From the human T2T-CHM13v2.0 reference genome, Homo sapiens, in NCBI RefSeq assembly GCF_009914755.1, contig NC_060942.1: a stretch of DNA of 64,000 bases. One strand, given 5' to 3'. Below are positions 55,501-64,000 of the stretch, piece after piece. Within the stretch, counting starts at the first letter, position 1. Each line of letters opens with the position of its first letter. Under the pieces are notes generated by a model. That model was not told where the DNA came from and did no database searches. It was given only the letters and a program-made list of their open reading frames with translations. A program made the position numbers and the translations under genes.

Positions 55501-58500
55501 CTCAACTAAGAGAATTGAACCACCGTTTTGAAGGAGCAGTTTTGAAACACTCTTTTTCTGGAATCTGCAAGAGTATATTTGCCTAGCCTTGAGGATTTCG
55601 TTGGAAACGGGATTGTCTTCAGAGAAAATCTAGACAGAAGCATTCTCAGAAACTTCTTTGGGATGTTTGCATTCAAGTCACAGAGTAGAACATTCCCTTT
55701 GGTAGAGCAGGTTTGAAACACTCTTTTTGTAGTATCTGGAAGTGGACATTTGGATCGCTTTCAGGCCTACGTTGGAAAAGGAAATATCTTCCCATAACAA
55801 CTAGACAGAAGCATTCTCAGAAACTAGTTTCTGATGTGTGTCCTCAACTAACACAGTTGAACATTTCTTTAGACAGAACAGTTTTGAAACACTCTTTTTG
55901 TGGAATCTGCAAGTGGCTATTTGGCTAGATTTGAGGATTTCGTTGGAAACGGGATTACATATAAAAAGCAGTCAGCAGCATTCTCAGAAAGTTCTTTGTG
56001 ATGATTGCATTCAAGTCACAGAATTGAACATTCCCTTTCACAGAGCAGGTTTGAAACACTCTTTTTGTAGTGTGTGTAAGTGGACATTTGGAGCACTTAC
56101 CGGCCTAAGGTGAAAAAGGAAATATCTTCCCATAAAAACTAGACAGAAGCATTCTCAGAAACTTACTCGTGATGTGTGTCCTCAACTAAAGGAGTAGAAC
56201 CTTTCTTTTCATAGAGAAGTTTTGAAACGCTCTTTTTGTGGAATCTGCAAGTGGATATTTGGCTAGTTTTGAGGATTTCGTTGGAAGCGGGAATTCATAC
56301 AAATTGCAGACTGCAGCGTTCTGAGAAACATCTTTGTGATGTTTGTATTCAGGACACAGAGTTGAACATTCCCTATCATAGAGCAGGTTGGAATCACTCC
56401 TTTTGTAGTATCTGGAAGTGGACATTTGGAGCGCTTTCAGGCCTATGTTGGAAAAGGAAATATCTTCCCATAACAACTAGACAGAAGCATTCTCAGAAAC
56501 TTATTTGAGATGTGTGTACTCAACTAAGAGAATTGAACCACCGTTTTGAAGGAGCAGTTTTGAAACTCTCTTTTTCTGGAATCTGCAAGTGGATATTTGG
56601 CTAGCTTTGGGGATTTCGCTGGAAGCGGGAATACATATAAAAAGCACACAGCAGCGTTCTGAGAAACTGCTTTCTGATGTTTGCATTCAAGTCAAAAGTT
56701 GAACACTCCCTTTCATAGAGCAGTCTTGAAACACCCCTTTTGTAGTATCTGGAACTGGACTTTTGGAGCGATTTCAGGGCTAAGGTGAAAAAGGAAATAT
56801 CTTCCCATAAAAACTGGACAGAAGCATTCTCAGAAACTTGGTTATGCTGTATCTACTCAACTAACAAAGTTGAACCTTTCTTTTGATAGAGCAGTTTTGA
56901 AATGGTCTTTTTGTGGAATCTGCAAGTGGATATTTGGCTAGTTTTGAGGATTTCGTTGGAAGCGGGAATTCATACAAATTGCAGACTGCAGCGTTCTGAG
57001 AAACATCTTTGTGATGTTTGTATTCAGGACACAGAGTTGAACATTCCCTATCATAGAGCAGGTTGGAATCACTCCTTTTGTAGTATCTGGAAGTGGACAT
57101 TTGGAGCGCTTTCAGGCCTATTTTGGAAAGGGAAATATCTTCCCGTAACAACTATGCAGAAGCATTCTCAGAAACTTGTTTGTGATGTGTGCCCTCTACT
57201 GACAGAGTTGAACCTTTCTTTTCATAGAGCAGTTTTGAAACACTCTTTTTGTAGAATCTGCAAGAGGATATTTGCATAGCTTTGAGGATTTCGTGGGAAA
57301 CGGGATTGTCTTCAGGTAAAATCTAGACAGAAGCATTCTCAGAAACTTCTTTGGGATGTTTGCATTCAAGTCACAGAGTAGAACATTCCCTTTGGTAGAG
57401 CAGGTTTGAAACACTCTTTTTGTAGTATCTGGAAGTGGACATTTGGAGCGCTTTCAGGCCCATGTTGGAAAGGGAAATATCTTCCCGTAACAACTAGGCA
57501 GAAGCATTCTCAGAAACTTATTTGAGATGTGTGTACTCAACTAAGAGAATTGAACCACCGTTTTGAAGGAGCAGTTTTGAAACACTCTTTTTCTGGAATC
57601 TGCAAGAGTATATTTGCCTAGCCTTGAGGATTTCGTTGGAAACGGGATTGTCTTCAGAGAAAATCTAGACAGAAGCATTCTCAGAAACTTCTTTGGGATG
57701 TTTGCATTCAAGTCACAGAGTAGAACATTCCCTTTGGTAGAGCAGGTTTGAAACACTCTTTTTTTAGTATATGGAAGTGGACATTTGGATCGCTTTCAGG
57801 CCTACGTTGGAAAAGGAAATATCTTCCCATAACAACTAGACAGAAGCATTCTCAGAAACTAGTTTCTGATGTGTGTCCTCAACTAACACAGTTGAACATT
57901 TCTTTAGACAGAACAGTTTTGAAACACTCTTTTTGTGGAATCTGCAAGTGGCTATTTGGCTAGATTTGAGGATTTCGTTGGAAACGGGATTACATATAAA
58001 AAGCAGTCAGCAGCATTCTCAGAAAGTTCTTTGTGATGATTGCATTCAAGTCACAGAATTGAACATTCCCTTTCACAGAGCAGGTTTGAAACACTCTTTT
58101 TGTAGTGTGTGTAAGTGGACATTTGGAGCACTTACCGGCCTAAGGTGAAAAAGGAAATATCTTCCCATAAAAACTAGACAGAAGCATTCTCAGAAACTTA
58201 CTCGTGATGTGTGTCCTCAACTAAAGGAGTAGAACCTTTCTTTTCATAGAGAAGTTTTGAAACGCTCTTTTTGTGGAATCTGCAAGTGGATATTTGGCTA
58301 GTTTTGAGGATTTCGTTGGAAGCGGGAATTCATACAAATTGCAGACTGCAGCGTTCTGAGAAACATCTTTGTGATGTTTGTATTCAGGACACAGAGTTGA
58401 ACATTCCCTATCATAGAGCAGGTTTGAATCACTCCTTTTGTAGTATCTGGAAGTGGACATTTGGAGCGCTTTCAGGCCTATGTTGGAAAAGGAAATATCT

Positions 58501-61500
58501 TCCCATAACAACTAGACAGAAGCATTCTCAGAAACTTATTTGAGATGTGTGTACTCAACTAAGAGAATTGAACCACCGTTTTGAAGGAGCAGTTTTGAAA
58601 CTCTCTTTTTCTGGAATCTGCAAGTGGATATTTGGCTAGCTTTGGGGATTTCGCTGGAAGCGGGAATACATATAAAAAGCACACAGCAGCGTTCTGAGAA
58701 ACTGCTTTCTGATGTTTGCATTCAAGTCAAAAGTTGAACACTCCCTTTCATAGAGCAGTCTTGAAACACCCCTTTTGTAGTATCTGGAACTGGACTTTTG
58801 GAGCGATTTCAGGGCTAAGGTGAAAAAGGAAATATCTTCCCATAAAAACTGGACAGAAGCATTCTCAGAAACTTGGTTATGCTGTATCTACTCAACTAAC
58901 AAAGTTGAACCTTTCTTTTGATAGAGCAGTTTTGAAATGGTCTTTTTGTGGAATCTGCAAGTGGATATTTGGCTAGTTTTGAGGATTTCGTTGGAAGCGG
59001 GAATTCATACAAATTGCAGACTGCAGCGTTCTGAGAAACATCTTTGTGATGTTTGTATTCAGGACACAGAGTTGAACATTCCCTATCATAGAGCAGGTTG
59101 GAATCACTCCTTTTGTAGTATCTGGAAGTGGACATTTGGAGCGCTTTCAGGCCTATTTTGGAAAGGGAAATATCTTCCCGTAACAACTATGCAGAAGCAT
59201 TCTCAGAAACTTGTTTGTGATGTGTGCCCTCTACTGACAGAGTTGAACCTTTCTTTTCATAGAGCAGTTTTGAAACACTCTTTTTGTAGAATCTGCAAGA
59301 GGATATTTGCATAGCTTTGAGGATTTCGTGGGAAACGGGATTGTCTTCAGGTAAAATCTAGACAGAAGCATTCTCAGAAACTTCTTTGGGATGTTTGCAT
59401 TCAAGTCACAGAGTAGAACATTCCCTTTGGTAGAGCAGGTTTGAAACACTCTTTTTGTAGTATCTGGAAGTGGACATTTGGAGCGCTTTCAGGCCCATGT
59501 TGGAAAGGGAAATATCTTCCCGTAACAACTAGGCAGAAGCATTCTCAGAAACTTATTTGAGATGTGTGTACTCAACTAAGAGAATTGAACCACTGTTTTG
59601 AAGGAGCAGTTTTGAAACACTCTTTTTCTGGAATCTGCAAGAGTATATTTGCCTAGCCTTGAGGATTTCGTTGGAAACGGGATTGTCTTCAGAGAAAATC
59701 TAGACAGAAGTATTCTCAGAAACTTCTTTGGGATGTTTGCATTCAAGTCACAGAGTAGAACATTCCCTTTGGTAGAGCAGGTTTGAAACACTCTTTTTGT
59801 AGTATCTGGAAGTGGACATTTGGAGCGCTTTCAGGCCTACGTTGGAAAAGGAAATATCTTCCCATAACAACTAGACAGAAGCATTCTCAGAAACTAGTTT
59901 CTGATGTGTGTTCTCAACTAACACAGTTGAACATTTCTTTAGACAGAACAGTTTTGAAACACTCTTTTTGTGGAATCTGCAAGTGGCTATTTGGCTAGAT
60001 TTGAGGATTTCGTTGGAAACGGGATTACATATAAAAAGCAGTCAGCAGCATTCTCAGAATGTTCTTTGTGATGATTGCATTCAAGTCACAGAATTGAACA
60101 TTCCCTTTCACAGAGCAGGTTTGAAACACTCTTTTTGTAGTGTGTGTAAGTGGACATTTGGAGCACTTACCGGCCTAAGGTGAAAAAGGAAATATCTTCC
60201 CATAAAAACTAGACAGAAGCATTCTCAGAAACTTACTCGTGATGTGTGTCCTCAACTAAAGGAGTAGAACCTTTCTTTTCATAGAGAAGTTTTGAAACGC
60301 TCTTTTTGTGGAATCTGCAAGTGGATATTTGGCTAGTTTTGAGGATTTCGTTGGAAGCGGGAATTCATACAAATTGCAGACTGCAGCGTTCTGAGAAACA
60401 TCTTTGTGATGTTTGTATTCAGGACACAGAGTTGAACATTCCCTATCATAGAGCAGGTTTGAATCACTCCTTTTGTAGTATCTGGAAGTGGACATTTGGA
60501 GCGCTTTCAGGCCTATGTTGGAAAAGGAAATATCTTCCCATAACAACTAGACAGAAGCATTCTCAGAAACTTATTTGAGATGTGTGTACTCAACTAAGAG
60601 AATTGAACCACCGTTTTGAAGGAGCAGTTTTGAAACTCTCTTTTTCTGGAATCTGCAAGTGGATATTTGGCTAGCTTTGGGGATTTCGCTGGAAGCGGGA
60701 ATACATATAAAAAGCACACAGCAGCGTTCTGAGAAACTGCTTTCTGATGTTTGCATTCAAGTCAAAAGTTGAACACTCCCTTTCATAGAGCAGTCTTGAA
60801 ACACCCCTTTTGTAGTATCTGGAACTGGACTTTTGGAGCGATTTCAGGGCTAAGGTGAAAAAGGAAATATCTTCCCATAAAAACTGGACAGAAGCATTCT
60901 CAGAAACTTGGTTATGCTGTATCTACTCAACTAACAAAGTTGAACCTTTCTTTTGATAGAGCAGTTTTGAAATGGTCTTTTTGTGGAATCTGCAAGTGGA
61001 TATTTGGCTAGTTTTGAGGATTTCGTTGGAAGCGGGAATTCATACAAATTGCAGACTGCAGCGTTCTGAGAAACATCTTTGTGATGTTTGTATTCAGGAC
61101 ACAGAGTTGAACATTCCCTATCATAGAGCAGGTTGGAATCACTCCTTTTGTAGTATCTGGAAGTGGACATTTGGAGCGCTTTCAGGCCTATTTTGGAAAG
61201 GGAAATATCTTCCCGTAACAACTATGCAGAAGCATTCTCAGAAACTTGTTTGTGATGTGTGCCCTCTACTGACAGAGTTGAACCTTTCTTTTCATAGAGC
61301 AGTTTTGAAACACTCTTTTTGTAGAATCTGCAAGAGGATATTTGCATAGCTTTGAGGATTTCGTGGGAAACGGGATTGTCTTCAGGTAAAATCTAGACAG
61401 AAGCATTCTCAGAAACTTCTTTGGGATGTTTGCATTCAAGTCACAGAGTAGAACATTCCCTTTGGTAGAGCAGGTTTGAAACACTCTTTTTGTAGTATCT

Positions 61501-63065
61501 GGAAGTGGACATTTGGAGCGCTTTCAGGCCCATGTTGGAAAGGGAAATATCTTCCCGTAACAACTAGGCAGAAGCATTCTCAGAAACTTATTTGAGATGT
61601 GTGTACTCAACTAAGAGAATTGAACCACCGTTTTGAAGGAGCAGTTTTGAAACACTCTTTTTCTGGAATCTGCAAGAGTATATTTGCCTAGCCTTGAGGA
61701 TTTCGTTGGAAACGGGATTGTCTTCAGAGAAAATCTAGACAGAAGCATTCTCAGAAACTTCTTTGGGATGTTTGCATTCAAGTCACAGAGTAGAACATTC
61801 CCTTTGGTAGAGCAGGTTTGAAACACTCTTTTTTTAGTATATGGAAGTGGACATTTTGATCGCTTTCAGGCCTACGTTGGAAAAGGAAATATCTTCCCAT
61901 AACAACTAGACAGAAGCATTCTCAGAAACTAGTTTCTGATGTGTGTCCTCAACTAACACAGTTGAACATTTCTTTAGACAGAACAGTTTTGAAACACTCT
62001 TTTTGTGGAATCTGCAAGTGGCTATTTGGCTAGATTTGAGGATTTCGTTAGAAACGGGATTACATATAAAAAGCAGTCAGCAGCATTCTCAGAAAGTTCT
62101 TTGTGATGATTGCATTCAAGTCACAGAATTGAACATTCCCTTTCACAGAGCAGGTTTGAAACACTCTTTTTGTAGTGTGTGTAAGTGGACATTTGGAGCA
62201 CTTACCGGCCTAAGGTGAAAAAGGAAATATCTTCCCATAAAAACTAGACAGAAGCATTCTCAGAAACTTACTCGTGATGTGTGTCCTCAACTAAAGGAGT
62301 AGAACCTTTCTTTTCATAGAGAAGTTTTGAAACGCTCTTTTTGTGGAATCTGCAAGTGGATATTTGGCTAGTTTTGAGGATTTCGTTGGAAGCGGGAATT
62401 CATACAAATTGCAGACTGCAGCGTTCTGAGAAACATCTTTGTGATGTTTGTATTCAGGACACAGAGTTGAACATTCCCTATCATAGAGCAGGTTGGAATC
62501 ACTCCTTTTGTAGTATCTGGAAGTGGACATTTGGAGCGCTTTCAGGCCTATGTTGGAAAAGGAAATATCTTCCCATAACAACTAGACAGAAGCATTCTCA
62601 GAAACTTATTTGAGATGTGTGTACTCAACTAAGAGAATTGAACCACCGTTTTGAAGGAGCAGTTTTGAAACTCTCTTTTTCTGGAATCTGCAAGTGGATA
62701 TTTGGCTAGCTTTGGGGATTTCGCTGGAAGCGGGAATACATATAAAAAGCACACAGCAGCGTTCTGAGAAACTGCTTTCTGATGTTTGCATTCAAGTCAA
62801 AAGTTGAACACTCCCTTTCATAGAGCAGTCTTGAAACACCCCTTTTGTAGTATCTGGAACTGGACTTTTGGAGCGATTTCAGGGCTAAGGTGAAAAAGGA
62901 AATATCTTCCCATAAAAACTGGACAGAAGCATTCTCAGAAACTTGGTTATGCTGTATCTGCTCAACTAACAAAGTTGAACCTTTCTTTTGATAGAGCAGT
63001 TTTGAAATGGTCTTTTTGTGGAATCTGCAAGTGGATATTTGGCTAGTTTTGAGGATTTCGTTGGA
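34576..63065 (+). repeat. Fourteen tandem canonical 12-mer HORs (2035 bp each)
   Basis: The marker ORF at 34811, 36846 ... 61266, 63301 has a constant 2035-bp spacing. Confidence 0.97.
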
Positions 63066-64000
63066 AGCGGGAATTCATACAAATTGCAGACTGCAGCGTT
63101 CTGAGAAACATCTTTGTGATGTTTGTATTCAGGACACAGAGTTGAACATTCCCTATCATAGAGCAGGTTGGAATCACTCCTTTTGTAGTATCTGGAAGTG
63201 GACATTTGGAGCGCTTTCAGGCCTATTTTGGAAAGGGAAATATCTTCCCGTAACAACTATGCAGAAGCATTCTCAGAAACTTGTTTGTGATGTGTGCCCT
63301 CTACTGACAGAGTTGAACCTTTCTTTTCATAGAGCAGTTTTGAAACACTCTTTTTGTAGAATCTGCAAGAGGATATTTGCATAGCTTTGAGGATTTCGTG
63401 GGAAACGGGATTGTCTTCAGGTAAAATCTAGACAGAAGCATTCTCAGAAACTTCTTTGGGATGTTTGCATTCAAGTCACAGAGTAGAACATTCCCTTTGG
63501 TAGAGCAGGTTTGAAACACTCTTTTTGTAGTATCTGGAAGTGGACATTTGGAGCGCTTTCAGGCCCATGTTGGAAAGGGAAATATCTTCCCGTAACAACT
63601 AGGCAGAAGCATTCTCAGAAACTTATTTGAGATGTGTGTACTCAACTAAGAGAATTGAACCACCGTTTTGAAGGAGCAGTTTTGAAACACTCTTTTTCTG
63701 GAATCTGCAAGAGTATATTTGCCTAGCCTTGAGGATTTCGTTGGAAACGGGATTGTCTTCAGAGAAAATCTAGACAGAAGCATTCTCAGAAACTTCTTTG
63801 GGATGTTTGCATTCAAGTCACAGAGTAGAACATTCCCTTTGGTAGAGCAGGTTTGAAACACTCTTTTTTTAGTATATGGAAGTGGACATTTGGAGCGCTT
63901 TCAGGCCTACGTTGGAAAAGGAAATATCTTCCCATAACAACTAGACAGAAGCATTCTCAGAAACTAGTTTCTGATGTGTGGCCTCAACTAACACAGTTGT
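63066..64000 (+). repeat. Partial HOR unit (first 935 bp), truncated by the window end
   Basis: Colinear with positions 1-935 of the unit. Confidence 0.96.

Larger units (their letters stand above)
1..64000 (+). repeat. Centromeric alpha-satellite higher-order repeat array, dimeric (SF2-type), head-to-tail, one orientation
   Basis: ~171-bp monomers with alphoid motifs (CAGAAGCATTCTCAGAAAC, TTTGAAACACTCTTTTTGT, GGAATCTGCAAGTGGATATTTGG). A CENP-B box occurs every 337-342 bp. Marker ORFs recur at exactly 2035 or 2710 bp across the whole window. Confidence 0.99.
1..64000 (+). other. D18Z1: Probable identity: human chromosome 18 active centromeric array D18Z1 (12-mer HOR)
   Basis: 12-monomer 2035-bp HOR with two EcoRI sites (GAATTC at 6, 1366, 2041) giving 1360-bp and 675-bp fragments, plus dimeric CENP-B box spacing. 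This matches my recollection of the D18Z1 ~1.36-kb/0.68-kb EcoRI units and 12-mer HOR. Not confirmed by alignment. Confidence 0.8.

Noticed and set aside
62706-62972. Unique 88-aa ORF found only once
   Set aside because: It is created by the single A>G at 62960 removing a minus-strand stop codon, so it is not an insertion or gene.
77-63861. Several hundred 61-125 aa ORFs on both strands, some Cys/His-rich
   Set aside because: They are chance translations of alpha-satellite, recurring with the HOR period and overlapping on both strands. Many start at TTG, none has a recognisable domain, and some are broken or created by single SNVs (e.g. 8957, 62960).
1-64000. CRISPR-like pattern of a conserved motif (GAAGCATTCTCAGAAAC) with intervening sequences
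   Set aside because: The intervening sequences are homologous ~150-bp monomer bodies that repeat periodically, not unique spacers, and there are no cas genes.
1-64000. Transposon insertion, inversion, foreign DNA or a novel gene system
   Set aside because: The exact 2035/2710-bp periodicity and constant strand orientation leave no room for an insert, and I saw no non-alphoid sequence.
1-64000. Synthetic array (human artificial chromosome construct)
   Set aside because: There are no tetO/lacO, vector or linker sequences, and the nested natural-looking variant structure argues for a native array.

Overview
The whole 64 kb window is one uninterrupted, single-orientation array of primate (human-type) centromeric alpha-satellite, with ~171-bp monomers and alternating CENP-B-box and pJalpha-type monomers. 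It is organised as higher-order repeats (HORs). Counting from base 1 there are 29 complete HOR units plus a 935-bp partial unit. Twenty-three are 2035-bp 12-mers and six are 2710-bp 16-mers (12-mer plus an extra 675-bp tetramer), the latter in two clusters of three at 1-8130 and 26446-34575. The dimeric A/B organisation, 12-monomer period and EcoRI spacing of 1360+675 bp best fit the active chromosome 18 array D18Z1 (suprachromosomal family 2). This assignment is from recall, not a database search. I see no genes, RNA genes, transposons, inversions or indels between HOR copies, and all ORFs in the track are repeat artefacts. I found no novel coding system. The real signal is evolutionary structure in the few SNVs: three different 16-mer junctions, nested multi-HOR duplications (5420, 6105, 12210 and possibly ~28.5-29 kb), a mosaic 12-mer built from near-identical internal segments, a four-gamete violation within 19 bp, and intact CENP-B box cores throughout. 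Variants were read by eye with the ORF track as an aid, so some may have been missed.
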